Assembly (NCBI GenBank): GCA_963665125.2 | Contig: CAXXUK010000002.1 | Location: forward strand, 768,001 to 832,000 | Source of the DNA: an uncultured Desulfarculus sp. | GTDB taxonomy: Bacteria; Desulfobacterota; Desulfarculia; Desulfarculales; Desulfarculaceae | Direction of reading: 5' to 3' | Length of the DNA stretch: 64,000 nt | Shown here: positions 21,890 to 31,478 of the stretch, in pieces | Layout: every line of letters starts with the position of its first letter | How positions within the stretch are numbered: position 1 is the stretch's first letter | Translations under genes and position numbers: made by a program | Notes under the pieces: generated by a model | What the model saw: the letters and a program-made list of their open reading frames with translations, nothing else | Database searches by the model: none | What the model was told of the DNA's origin: nothing

Positions 21890-22834
21890 CTAGCCGCCGA
21901 TCTTGTCGTTGATGCGGTCCATCACCGGCGTGTCCACGCCCAGTTCTTTGGCCGTCTGGTAAACCTCGTTGAAGAACACCAGCATGTCCGAGGCCCCCGC
22001 CTGGAAGTGCCCGGCCTGCACGGCCCGCTGGCCCCAGAGGGTGTTGCCCAGGAATTGCTGATAAAAATCAACGGTGTTTTCCAGAGGCTGGTCCAGAAAC
22101 GGCCCGCTGTCCGGGTAGGTGCGCGGGTCCACGCCCCTGGCTTCCAGCACGCCCAGGCCTTCCCGCACAGCCAGAACCATCATCTCCATGGTTTCCTTGT
22201 CGGCGATCATGGCATCCAGGCCGCCGGCGTACAGGGCCGTGCCGATCATGCCCGAGCTGATGGCCTGGTGCTCCCAGAGCCACTTGATCATGTCCTGCTT
22301 GAGGTCCGGGCCGAATCCGCCCCTGGCGAAAATTTCGATGATGCGCTCCAGCCGGGGGCTGTCAGCCCCTTCCCATTCGCCCAGGCGAACCACCGGAGCC
22401 ACATTGGCCACGACGGTCTGCTCCCGGCGTCCGGCGCTGCACGCCGAATAGCCCCACAAATAGCGGTCTCGGCTCAGCAGGGAGTCCATCTCGGAGGTTC
22501 CTTGCCAATTGGCCGTGAACATCAGAAACTGGGCCTTGGGGACGGAGTCCTTGATATCTGCCACGGCCTGGGCGGCGTTGCGGCCCTGGGTGGGTACCAT
22601 CACCAGTTCGTACTCGTCTTCCGGGGTGACGATTTCGGTGAGCTTGGGCTGGTAGTATTCGGTGTAGGTCTTTTCCTCGCCGCCCCGGGTGTCCAACAGA
22701 TCCAGCTCTATGCCGTCGTCAACCTCGGCGGCCCGGCCCGGCCGCAGCTTGTGGGTGACATCCACGCCGCCCCCGGCCAAGGCCCAGCCGTGAACCACGC
22801 CCATCAAACCCATGCCCACGATCAGCGTCTTCAT
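21890..22834 (-). CDS. ketopantoate reductase family protein
   Basis: IVGMGLMG Rossmann motif, RLGE, DMIKWLWEH, GVDTP C-terminus. Confidence 0.8.
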   Translation of the reverse strand: MKTLIVGMGLMGVVHGWALAGGGVDVTHKLRPGRAAEVDDGIELDLLDTRGGEEKTYTEYYQPKLTEIVTPEDEYELVMVPTQGRNAAQAVADIKDSVPKAQFLMFTANWQGTSEMDSLLSRDRYLWGYSACSAGRREQTVVANVAPVVRLGEWEGADSPRLERIIEIFARGGFGPDLKQDMIKWLWEHQAISSGMIGTALYAGGLDAMIADKETMEMMVLAVREGLGVLEARGVDPRTYPDSGPFLDQPLENTVDFYQQFLGNTLWGQRAVQAGHFQAGASDMLVFFNEVYQTAKELGVDTPVMDRINDKIGG

Positions 22835-22849
22835 GCCAAGGCCTTTCCG

Positions 22850-23293
22850 TTAGGTTGTACGTTTAAGAGTCAGCCAGCGCCCGGGAAGCCAGGTCAGCCA
22901 CAGGGCGGGCAGCAGCATTATTATATCGCGGAACGCGGCCTCCAGCCCGGCTGCGTGTTCTCCGGCCTGGCCGGGGAAACAGCCGCAGTCATAGCCCGCG
23001 CCGATAAACCAGGCATAGAGCATCAAACCTGTGAACATGACCAAAAGACCGGCCGAGCATAGGGCCGCGGCCCTGGTCCATACTCCGGCCAGAAGCAAAA
23101 AGCCGACCAGAAGTTCCATCCAGGCCAGCAGTACGCTCAAGGGCTGGACCAGCAGCAGGGGCAGCACCTCGTAGCGCCCCACGGAAACGGCGAAACCGGC
23201 CGGGTACCAAACCTTGTCGTAGCTGGCGTAGATAAACAGCCAGGCCAAAAAAAGGCGGCAGCCGATGCTGATAAGCTGTTTGATGGTGCTCAA
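22850..23293 (-). CDS. MauE/DoxX-family membrane protein
   Basis: FIYASYDK, WMELLVG, DCGCF; GGAGGA RBS before TTG at 23293. Confidence 0.85.
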   Translation of the reverse strand: MSTIKQLISIGCRLFLAWLFIYASYDKVWYPAGFAVSVGRYEVLPLLLVQPLSVLLAWMELLVGFLLLAGVWTRAAALCSAGLLVMFTGLMLYAWFIGAGYDCGCFPGQAGEHAAGLEAAFRDIIMLLPALWLTWLPGRWLTLKRTT

Positions 23294-23769
23294 TTGTTCC
23301 TCCGGCGTTTGGCGCGCACCGGCAGACCGGCCTCCCGCCACTGCTCAAAGGTGGCCTGCATTACGCGTACGTCGGCAAATTCCAACTCCCGCAGGCGCTG
23401 GGCAACCCAGGCCGCCGGGTGACGGCTGCGGCTGCGGCCATAGACCACCAGGGTCGGCGCCCCGCGCAAGACCTCTTCCAGCAGGGGATAGAGCTTGTCC
23501 CATTCCTCCCGGTTTAGGTTCACCGCTCCCCGAATATGGGCCTGCTTGTAGTCGCCGGGATCCCTGGCGTCGATGAACATGGCCCCGTTTTCCCGCAGAT
23601 CGGCGGCGTCGGTCATGCTCACCGGTTTCCACAGGGGCCGGGACACCTCGGGCGGCAGGAGGCCGAGGCCCTGGGGCGCCAGCAGGTTGAAGAACAGTCC
23701 GGCCAGGGCGGCCGCCGCTACAATGAGCAGGGCCCGCAGTATGGTTTTTTTAAAAATAGATTCGCTCAT
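23290..23769 (-). CDS. membrane-anchored rhodanese-like domain protein
   Basis: FIDARDP..YKQAHIRGAVN, W..AGLPV; the usual active-site Cys position is Gly (VVYG). Confidence 0.85.
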   Translation of the reverse strand: MSESIFKKTILRALLIVAAAALAGLFFNLLAPQGLGLLPPEVSRPLWKPVSMTDAADLRENGAMFIDARDPGDYKQAHIRGAVNLNREEWDKLYPLLEEVLRGAPTLVVYGRSRSRHPAAWVAQRLRELEFADVRVMQATFEQWREAGLPVRAKRRRNN

Positions 23770-23892
23770 GCATCAAATCCGCAAATAGACGTGCTCCAGA
23801 TTAACGCGGCTAGCCTTGGTCCGCAAGTGGCCGAAGCTGTGTTACAATATTTGTCAAACCCATTGATACCACCTTTTAACCGGAGTTCGTCC

Positions 23893-24480
23893 ATGGCGCA
23901 GATATTGGCCATCCACGGCAGCCCCCGCCACAAGGGTAATACTACCACGCTACTCAACCGCGCGGTTGAAGGTGCGAAGGCCGCCGGGGCCGATGTTGAG
24001 GAAATTCACCTGCGCGATCTGAAAATTTCGCCCTGCCTGGAGATTTACGGCTGCAAGGCCGACGGCCGCTGCGTGATCAAGGACGATTTCCAGGGACTCT
24101 ACGACAAACTCACCGCCTGCAAGGGCCTGATGCTGGCCTCGCCGATGATGTTCTATACGGTCAGCGGCCACACCAAGGCCTTCATGGACCGCTGTCAGTC
24201 GTTGTGGGTAAAGAAATACTGGCTGGAAAAACAGCCGTTTGGCAAGCTGGACCAGAGCAAGAAGGGCCTGTTTGTCTCCGTGGGTGCTACCACGGGCAAA
24301 AAACTTTTCGACGGCGCTCTATTAACGGTCAAATACTTCATGGACACCCTGGACATGCCCCTGTGGCGCAGCCTGCTGTACCGGGGCCTGGATTTTGAGG
24401 GCGATGTGGAAGAACACCCCGAATACCTCAAGGAGGCCCATGATGCGGGCATGGAGATGGCCAAGCTGCTCCATGTTTGA
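23893..24480 (+). CDS. flavodoxin-family / iron-sulfur flavoprotein (NADPH-dependent FMN reductase fold)
   Basis: GSPRHKGNT, SPCLEIYGC...CVIKDD, LASP, KAFMDRCQ. Confidence 0.88.
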   Translation: MAQILAIHGSPRHKGNTTTLLNRAVEGAKAAGADVEEIHLRDLKISPCLEIYGCKADGRCVIKDDFQGLYDKLTACKGLMLASPMMFYTVSGHTKAFMDRCQSLWVKKYWLEKQPFGKLDQSKKGLFVSVGATTGKKLFDGALLTVKYFMDTLDMPLWRSLLYRGLDFEGDVEEHPEYLKEAHDAGMEMAKLLHV

Positions 24481-24567
24481 CCCCCGGTGCTGATGGCCGC
24501 TTGCACCTGGATTGTTTATATTGCATAATCGGTTAGTTGCAAAAAAAGTTAAAAGCTGGAGGGTGCA

Positions 24568-25113
24568 ATGGCGCCTTTGTCTGGTCTAGAACCGAGACCT
24601 CCCCTGGAGGAGCGGGACCTGGATGACCGCCTGGCGGATATCCGCCTTCTGGTGCTGGAGATGGAGGGCGTGGTCACCGACGGATCGGTGTTGCTGGGTC
24701 CGGACGGCGGCCAGAGCCTGCGTTTCAGCAGGTCCGACGTCCTGGGTTTAAAGAGCCTGGCGGGCATCGGGGTCTCCGTATTGGTTCTGGCCCACACCGG
24801 CCTCAAGGCCGCCGCCGAGTATTGCAGGCTGACCGGGGTGGAATTGGCCACCCACCAGGACGACAAGAGCCAGTTGTTGCAGCTGTTGGCCCACAAGCGC
24901 GGCGTAAAGCCCTTTGAAGTGCTGTATGTGGGCGCGGATCTCGACGACATGGACTGCATGTTCCAGGTGGGCGTGGCCGCCTGCCCGGCCCAGGCCTCCC
25001 GCTGGGTGGCAACGGCGGCTCATCTGGTCACCGATGCCCCCGGCGGCGGTGGCGCACTGCGGGAAATCTGCGACACTCTGCTGGCCAAACGGACGCCCCA
25101 AACTGAAAACTAA
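24568..25113 (+). CDS. KdsC/YrbI-like HAD protein with degenerate catalytic motifs
   Basis: IRLLVLEMEGVVTDG, DVLGL, YVGADLDD, GGGGALREICD. Confidence 0.8.
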   Translation: MAPLSGLEPRPPLEERDLDDRLADIRLLVLEMEGVVTDGSVLLGPDGGQSLRFSRSDVLGLKSLAGIGVSVLVLAHTGLKAAAEYCRLTGVELATHQDDKSQLLQLLAHKRGVKPFEVLYVGADLDDMDCMFQVGVAACPAQASRWVATAAHLVTDAPGGGGALREICDTLLAKRTPQTEN

Positions 25114-25138
25114 GCTTACGCGATATTCGGGTTAAGGC

Positions 25139-25762
25139 ATGTTCATCTCAGACAAACCGGACAACTACGAAAAGGTGTATCAGGAGCTGATTCCCAAGCT
25201 GGCCGGGGCCAATCTGGGCCAAAACGCCGCCGGGCTGGGCATACAGGCCGCCGGGCACAGCGTTCCGGTGACCCTGTTCGGCAGGGATTACCTGGTGGGT
25301 CCCACCGGCGTGACCATGGCTGACGGCTCCGAGGCCGAGATGATCCCGCGCATTGTTTTGTCTTATTATATGACCCACGGCGGCAGTGGCGAGCCCGCCG
25401 GCAAGCCCGCGCCCTATCGAGAACTACCCGGCGGCGCGGATTTCGCCCGCAGCCTGTCCGAGATCGTTGACGGCCGCATTGTCAGGTATTTCAGCGGCCG
25501 GCTCGACGCCCTCAAGGCCGCCTGCGAGGCAATCGGCGGCCGGGCCGAGAGCATGGGCATAAGCTGCGACGCGGGCTATGTGTTCGATGCCCTGCCCAAA
25601 TTGCCGATGATGATGACCTTTTACGACGTGGATGAGGACTTTCCGGCCGAGGCCAAAGTGTTTTACGATATAACAGCTCCCAATTTCCTGGATATGGAAT
25701 GCCTGGCCGTGATGGGGCTGGTCCTGGCCCTGGAACTGGAGCGGGCCGACGGGGAAAATTAG
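25139..25762 (+). CDS. DUF3786-family protein
   Basis: YRELPGG, ALPKLPMMMTFYDVDEDFPAEAKVFYD, FLDMECLA. Confidence 0.85.
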   Translation: MFISDKPDNYEKVYQELIPKLAGANLGQNAAGLGIQAAGHSVPVTLFGRDYLVGPTGVTMADGSEAEMIPRIVLSYYMTHGGSGEPAGKPAPYRELPGGADFARSLSEIVDGRIVRYFSGRLDALKAACEAIGGRAESMGISCDAGYVFDALPKLPMMMTFYDVDEDFPAEAKVFYDITAPNFLDMECLAVMGLVLALELERADGEN

Positions 25763-25767
25763 GAGAC

Positions 25768-26337
25768 TTGCGAATACTACTGCATATATGCTGCGCGCCC
25801 TGCGCCATGATGCCCCTGGAGGATCTGCGGGCCGACGGCGTGGAGGTCATGGGCCTGGCCTACAATCCCAATGTGCAGCCGTATACGGAAAATGTGCGCC
25901 GCCAGGCAACCCTGGAACAGTGGGCCGCCGAGGAGGGCCTGCGCCTGATTGTCCAGGACGAGTATGACCCGGAGTCCTGGCTGCGCCGCGCGGCCTACCG
26001 CGAAAGGCAGCGCTGCCGCTTGTGTTACCACCAGCGACTGACCAGGGCGGCCCAGGTCGCCAAGAAAGGCAAATTCGACGCATTCAGCACCACGTTGCTG
26101 TACTCTGTACGTCAGAAGCATGATTTGATTGTGGAAACAGGACGCCAGGTGGCCGCCGAGCGGGGGATAAAATTCCATTACCGCGATTGGCGGCCCAAGT
26201 GGCAGCAAGGCGTCAGCGCCTCTCTGGAGAGGGGACTGTACCGCCAGCAGTATTGCGGCTGCATCTACTCGGAGCGCGACCGTTTTCTTGGCGTTCCCAA
26301 AGGCCGCAAGCCATACGATAACCATGAGGAAAGGTGA
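25768..26337 (+). CDS. queH: epoxyqueuosine reductase QueH
   Basis: LLHICCAPC, YNPNVQP, RCRLCY, FSTTLL, LYRQQYCGCIYS. Confidence 0.92.
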   Translation: MRILLHICCAPCAMMPLEDLRADGVEVMGLAYNPNVQPYTENVRRQATLEQWAAEEGLRLIVQDEYDPESWLRRAAYRERQRCRLCYHQRLTRAAQVAKKGKFDAFSTTLLYSVRQKHDLIVETGRQVAAERGIKFHYRDWRPKWQQGVSASLERGLYRQQYCGCIYSERDRFLGVPKGRKPYDNHEER

Positions 26338-26342
26338 TTGCC

Positions 26343-28082
26343 ATGGCCGCCAAAACTCCTCCGGAAATTACACTTGAACTCAGCGGAGGCGCACTTACCA
26401 TCCGTACCAGTGAGGCCATCTACAGGGTTGTTGTGGCCGGCGGTGCTGGAATGGCCGGAGCCGCGGCCCTGCCCGCCGGGCCGACGCCCAAGGCCATTGC
26501 CGGAGACGTGGCCGCCGATGCGGGCGACGGTTGGGACGACATAGACCTGGATGGGCCGCCGCCGATCATCGGAACGTCCAGGACAGGCGACGAGGATGCG
26601 GGACTGATCCGCGCCACCTACGACCCTTCCCTGGACCAACAGGCCTACAACGAATACTACCGCGACCTGAGCCACGACATGTACCGCGAGATCGGGGCCA
26701 TGGCCAAGCGTCTGAGCATGTCCATCCGCGATGTCGGTTCGGTCAATATCAAGGACATGGACCTGGCATCAACGGGCCAGCAACTGGAGGCTGCCAAGGG
26801 CGAGTTGCAGGACGTGGTCAAGATGACCGAGCAGGCCACCATGCGGATCATGGATGAGGGCGAAGCCATCCAGGAGGCCGTGGACCGTTCCCAAAAAATT
26901 ATGGACCAACTGGCGCCGCTCCGGGATGTGGCGGAGGCCGCAGGGGCCGAAAGCCGGGAAGGCGACGGCGGCCAGGCCGTGGCCCAGTTGACCGAGGCGA
27001 TACAGGGGTTCAGCGATTACCTTAACCAGGCTTCCGATTCGCCCCTGGCCCAGCTTTCGGAGCAGGCGGCCGCGCTGTTGGAGCAAATGCAACAGGCCGC
27101 GGCGGCCGAGCCCCCGGCCACGGAGGCCGCTCCCGAACCTGCCCCGGCGGCGGAACCAGCCGCGCCAGCCGGTCCGTACTTCCAGTTTCCCATAGACGTT
27201 GTTTTTCAGACCGTTTATGAGCTGTGCACCAACGAGGCGGTCAAAAAACATATCAAGACCATGTGGGACTCCCAGGACCAGTTCGACCCGGCCAGGGTCG
27301 AGGCCGTTATGAACGAGATATGTCCCAAACAACCGGATGAGGACAATTTTCTCAATATAGACTTGAAACAAGTGCTCAAGTCACTGTTCCAGACCACGGC
27401 CAATGAGAAATTCCAGGGCGTGCTCAAGAAAATGGCCCAGACCAGCGATCAGATATTCCTGGAGCAGACCCTGCCTTTGGAGGCCATCCCCGGTGAGGCG
27501 CCGGCGGATGCGGCCCCCGCGCCGGCTCCGGCACCGGCACCAGCCCCGGCACCGGCAGCCGCACCGGGCGGCCCGACGCCGGAAATGATCGAGCAGATGG
27601 CGGCCCTGGTTGAGGCCATCGGCCAAGCGGCCCAGGCTTCCGCGCCGCCCCAACCGCAGGGCGACCTCATGGAACTGCTGGACGCGGCCCTCAAACAGGC
27701 CAATGACTCCTGCAATATAATAGACCCGGACCTTCTGCAGCAGCTAACCGATGCCGAGTCGTTGATTCGGTCGTCGGTAAACGCCATCATTGAATCTTTG
27801 AGCTTCCAGGATCTTTCGGGCCAGACCATCTACCGCATCGTGCGCCTGCTCTCGGACTTCCAGGTTCAGCTTTTGGCCATGGTCGTCAGCTTCGGCTCCA
27901 AGCTCAAGGCCAAGGAAAGCCGTAACGAGATCACCGTGGACGAAAGCGAAAAGCTGGCCCAGGAAGAGGTGGACCGCGTACTGGGCGGCCTTGGCGCCAC
28001 CGAGGAAAAAGGCGAGGGCGACAGCAAGGAGGAACTGGACCAGGGGGCCGTCAACAATCTGCTGGAGTCCCTGGGTTTCTAG
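26343..28082 (+). CDS. cheZ: protein phosphatase CheZ family (long form)
   Basis: LQDVVKMTEQATMRIMD, LSFQDLSGQ (DxxxQ), C-terminal DQGAVNNLLESLGF. Confidence 0.85.
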   Translation: MAAKTPPEITLELSGGALTIRTSEAIYRVVVAGGAGMAGAAALPAGPTPKAIAGDVAADAGDGWDDIDLDGPPPIIGTSRTGDEDAGLIRATYDPSLDQQAYNEYYRDLSHDMYREIGAMAKRLSMSIRDVGSVNIKDMDLASTGQQLEAAKGELQDVVKMTEQATMRIMDEGEAIQEAVDRSQKIMDQLAPLRDVAEAAGAESREGDGGQAVAQLTEAIQGFSDYLNQASDSPLAQLSEQAAALLEQMQQAAAAEPPATEAAPEPAPAAEPAAPAGPYFQFPIDVVFQTVYELCTNEAVKKHIKTMWDSQDQFDPARVEAVMNEICPKQPDEDNFLNIDLKQVLKSLFQTTANEKFQGVLKKMAQTSDQIFLEQTLPLEAIPGEAPADAAPAPAPAPAPAPAPAAAPGGPTPEMIEQMAALVEAIGQAAQASAPPQPQGDLMELLDAALKQANDSCNIIDPDLLQQLTDAESLIRSSVNAIIESLSFQDLSGQTIYRIVRLLSDFQVQLLAMVVSFGSKLKAKESRNEITVDESEKLAQEEVDRVLGGLGATEEKGEGDSKEELDQGAVNNLLESLGF

Positions 28083-28133
28083 CAAGAGCTTTTATCAAGG
28101 ATACACAGCGCCCGGCCGGTTTGGCCGGGTGTT

Positions 28134-28643
28134 TCATTTTGGCCTGAAGACCATGCAGGTCGTCACCGCGTGGGCGTAGAGGTTGCCCTCCTGGTCCGTG
28201 ATGCGGGCCTCGGCCGTGGCGATGCGGCTGCCGGTGTGGATGGACTTGCCCTCGGCAAAGATGCCGCCCATGCCGCTCTTGACCGGAATCAGGAAATTGA
28301 CCTTGAATTCGATGGTGCTGTAGCGCACGCCTTTGGGCAGGGTGGAATGCACGGCGCAGCCCATGGCCGAGTCCATCATGGTGGTCAGGGCCCCGCCGTG
28401 GATCATGCCGATGGGGTTATAGAGCCACTGGCCGTCCTGCATCTCAAACACGGCCCATCCGGGGCCAAAGTCTTTAAGCTGGTAACCAAGCAGACAGCCG
28501 ATGGGCGGCCGGGGCAACTCGCCCGCCTTGAGGGCGGCCAGCCACTCCAGACCGCTCATGTTCTGCATGGCGCTGGCGGCTATGGAAGGATCTTCCCAGG
28601 TGACGCTGCGGCTGCGGGGGCCGTCGAATGGGTCTTTGCTCAT
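28134..28643 (-). CDS. PaaI-family thioesterase
   Basis: YNPIGMIHGG..TMMDSAMGCA hot-dog motif. Confidence 0.92.
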   Translation of the reverse strand: MSKDPFDGPRSRSVTWEDPSIAASAMQNMSGLEWLAALKAGELPRPPIGCLLGYQLKDFGPGWAVFEMQDGQWLYNPIGMIHGGALTTMMDSAMGCAVHSTLPKGVRYSTIEFKVNFLIPVKSGMGGIFAEGKSIHTGSRIATAEARITDQEGNLYAHAVTTCMVFRPK

Positions 28644-28724
28644 TGTTGTGCTCCGTTTTGCCGAAAAAAATAGATTCAGATGATCTCATTTCCGGAACAA
28701 AAGCACAACTAAACCAGCAGGGTT

Positions 28725-29528
28725 CTATTTTAACAGGTCGACGATGCTCGGCGCGGTGCTGCGGATGTTGCGGCTGCCCGCCTTCCAAATGGGCCTGCCG
28801 TCCTGGTTTATGAGCATGCCCGCCTCACCGCTGGCCGAGTAGCCCACGGCCAGGCCGCTTTTGTCGCCGTCGTGCATGACCAGGCTGGGTTTGTCGCCGT
28901 TCATGCCCAGCACGGCGATTGGTCCGCCGCTGCGGCGTCTGCTCATGGAAAAGCCACGGGTGCCGTCTTTTTCCATGAATATCATATTCGCTTCGTCGCC
29001 CGAGGGCCCGGTCATAATGTAGGCTGTTTTGTTGTCATCAAAATTCATGGAATGCCTAACACGATTATTTTGGTCGGTTAGGGCAACCATCGTAGATGAT
29101 CCTTTTTGAGTTGCAGCAGATATGATGGAGCCATCTTCACCACGAATAAAAATACCGTTACAACTTGAACGGCTCACTCCTGCATAAAACCGGTTTACAC
29201 CATTTTGATTAAATAGTTCGAAACTTGATGAGTCCTCACCAGCTTGTATTGATAATCTTTTCATACCTGTTGAATCAGTAAATACCAGACCGATTAAACC
29301 ATTTTCTTCGACAAATATGTGCCCGCGTGGTTCTTTATTTTTGTCAACAATAGATAGTGTTTGCACCGCTAAATGATCTGTGTAATCACTTGAAACGGTT
29401 CGGGATGCTTGGGCACTAGTGCCAATTAATAAGATTGCTGTTGCAGCTCCAAGAAAAGCTGAAATTAAAAGCAATAGCAATAGGGTTGGCAAGCTGAGGT
29501 TTTGTTGAATATATTTGTTGAATTGCAT
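28725..29528 (-). CDS. membrane-anchored beta-repeat protein, cassette 1 (most divergent paralogue)
   Basis: N-terminal hydrophobic segment, ~23-aa hxhxDxxGxxRhxh repeats, PIWKA...IVDLLK ending shared with three paralogues. Confidence 0.75.
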   Translation of the reverse strand: MQFNKYIQQNLSLPTLLLLLLISAFLGAATAILLIGTSAQASRTVSSDYTDHLAVQTLSIVDKNKEPRGHIFVEENGLIGLVFTDSTGMKRLSIQAGEDSSSFELFNQNGVNRFYAGVSRSSCNGIFIRGEDGSIISAATQKGSSTMVALTDQNNRVRHSMNFDDNKTAYIMTGPSGDEANMIFMEKDGTRGFSMSRRRSGGPIAVLGMNGDKPSLVMHDGDKSGLAVGYSASGEAGMLINQDGRPIWKAGSRNIRSTAPSIVDLLK

Positions 29529-29579
29529 CAGTAGATTTCCCCCGGATTTGCCGTAGGATGTATATGAAAGGAGATGACT

Positions 29580-30146
29580 ATGTTTCTTAACACAAGTTTC
29601 AAATTAGATGTCGAAATAAAACCAAAAATTGGCGAAGAAGGCAAGACAGAGCTGAATAATATCTACAAAGATATAGAGAGTCATGTAAGTAAATTATATG
29701 ATGACATCCTCGCCAACACCAAAACCGTACTCAAGGACACATACACAGAATCAGAAAACCTGGTTAAAGCTCAATACGATGCCTGGAAAGACTCGATTTC
29801 CAGCATCGGCGAAAAGGCCTTTAAAGACAGCTTTTCCGACTTGATCGACGGCAACCTGGAGAAGATCGCCGACCGCTGGATCGACAGCCTCAGCAACATC
29901 GAAGACACGTCCAAACAGATATTCGCAAAAACAATAGACGATCTGCAAGACAAAATCATGGCCATTCCCGGCAAAATCGCCAGCAAGACCTTCTGGGAGC
30001 CGGTTAAGGCTTTAGCTCACTTTATCAGATCCACGATATCCGGTAGATCACTGGCCGGGGCCGGTGCGCCGGGCAAGGCCTTCCAGATGGGCTCGCCGCC
30101 CTTGATAATGGCCAGATTGGGAACATCGCCCCTGGCGGCCCGGTAG
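29580..30146 (+). pseudogene. orphan N-terminal fragment of tape-measure-like gene, cassette 1 (divergent); own sequence ends ~30016, then runs antisense into the next gene
   Basis: AAGGAG RBS; YDAWKDSISSIGEKAFKDSFSDLIDGNLEKI resembles WDSAKQTVTDTGGEAISDTLSAIFSGEMDKV of 33042..35612. Confidence 0.65.
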
Positions 30147-30382
30147 AACAGGCCGGTGCGCTTCTGGGCCGCCATGACCATGGCCAGCTCGTTATCAGTG
30201 GAACGCAGGGTCAGGTTTGAGCGCAAATTGCTGTCGGCGATGTTAATATGTACGCCGTCGTTATCGTATGCGGTTATGTATGCGCCCGAATATTTATCAG
30301 CGCCTTTGACGGCCAGGCTGGCCTTGCCGTTTTTATAGCCGATTGACGCCCGGTGGCCCCTGTTTTCGTCAACAAACATCAA
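30017..30382. repeat. conserved cassette block (partner 3' half only)
   Basis: 366 bp near-identical to 31113-31478 and 32202-32567. Confidence 0.9.
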
Positions 30383-30769
30383 GCGGCCACCAGGTTCATC
30401 AAAAGCCTTCAGTACAACATAGCTCTTTTGATTTTGATCAAGTAGATAAATGGATGGCATGCTGCCGTTATCGACGGTGAACCAAGCTCTTGGTCGATTT
30501 TTATTGTCTCTCAGTCTCAGCGCAGGGCCATTGTTGTCAACAACCATATAAATGAGATCATTCCCATTTGTATCCTTCAATGTGACTATAGGAAAGCCTT
30601 CGTTGCTAAAGCCAAGAGCGCCTCTTGGTTTCTTATGGTCATCAATCAAAACAAACTGCTTTGCTACTATGGAATCATAATATTGCTGGCTTGAACTAGT
30701 ATTGTTAATAAGAAAAAGTGCAATGGCGAACCCGGAAATAAATATGAGAATGTATTTGCTATGCTTCAC
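30017..30769 (-). CDS. membrane-anchored beta-repeat protein, cassette 2
   Basis: GTG start with GGGGG RBS; TM/signal, QQYYDSIVAKQFVLIDD; C-terminal ~120 aa near-identical to cassettes 3 and 4. Confidence 0.8.
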   Translation of the reverse strand: MKHSKYILIFISGFAIALFLINNTSSSQQYYDSIVAKQFVLIDDHKKPRGALGFSNEGFPIVTLKDTNGNDLIYMVVDNNGPALRLRDNKNRPRAWFTVDNGSMPSIYLLDQNQKSYVVLKAFDEPGGRLMFVDENRGHRASIGYKNGKASLAVKGADKYSGAYITAYDNDGVHINIADSNLRSNLTLRSTDNELAMVMAAQKRTGLFYRAARGDVPNLAIIKGGEPIWKALPGAPAPASDLPDIVDLIK

Positions 30770-30849
30770 TGGACTTGTCCCCCTATTTTGTGATCCACTT
30801 CCGTTTGCCGCACCTCTGAAGAGGAGTATCTCATAACTTGGAGGTGCGC

Positions 30850-31242
30850 ATGGAAAGTAACACAAGCATTAATCTTAATGTTAATACCACTCTTGAGGCT
30901 GAGCTTCATATTGACAAAAGCCAGGCTCAAACCGAGCTTGAAAAGCTGTTTGACACCATTCAGCAAAAGCTCAAGGAAACCACAACCCGCGAAATCGGCG
31001 AATACGCCACGGCCGCCGGAAAGGCCATCAGCGATTCCTGGGACAGCGCCAAGCAAACCGTCACGGACACCGGCGGCGAGGCCATCAGCGATACGCTCTC
31101 GGCTATTTTCAGCTATTTAATCAGGTCCACGATATCCGGTAGATCACTGGCCGGGGCCGGTGCGCCGGGCAGGGCCTTCCAGATGGGCTCGCCGCCCTTG
31201 ATAATGGCCAGATTGGGAACATCGCCCCTGGCGGCCCGGTAG
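30850..31242 (+). pseudogene. orphan N-terminal fragment of tape-measure-like gene, cassette 2 (homology ends at 31113)
   Basis: GGAGG RBS; variable first ~27 aa, then ELEKLFDTIQQ...DTLSAIFS as in the full-length gene. Confidence 0.8.
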
Positions 31243-31478
31243 AACAGGCCGGTGCGTTTTTGGGCCGCCATGACCATGGCCAGCTCGTTATCCTTGGAGC
31301 GCAGGGTCAGGTTCGGGCGCAAATTGCTGTCGGCGATATTCACCTGCACGCCGTCGTTATCGTATGCGGTTATGTATGCGCCGGAATATTTATCAGCGCC
31401 CTTGATGGCCAGGCTGGCCTTGCCGTTTTTATAGCCGATTGACGCACGATGCCCACCATTTTCATCAACAAACATCAA
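30932..31478. repeat. conserved cassette block (~547 bp: 182 bp tape-measure-like segment + 366 bp partner 3' half)
   Basis: direct repeat of 32021-32567, offset 1089 bp. Confidence 0.92.

Noticed and set aside
27511..27570. GCACCG-type tandem repeat in cheZ
   Set aside because: Degenerate codons for a Pro-Ala linker, not a DNA-level element
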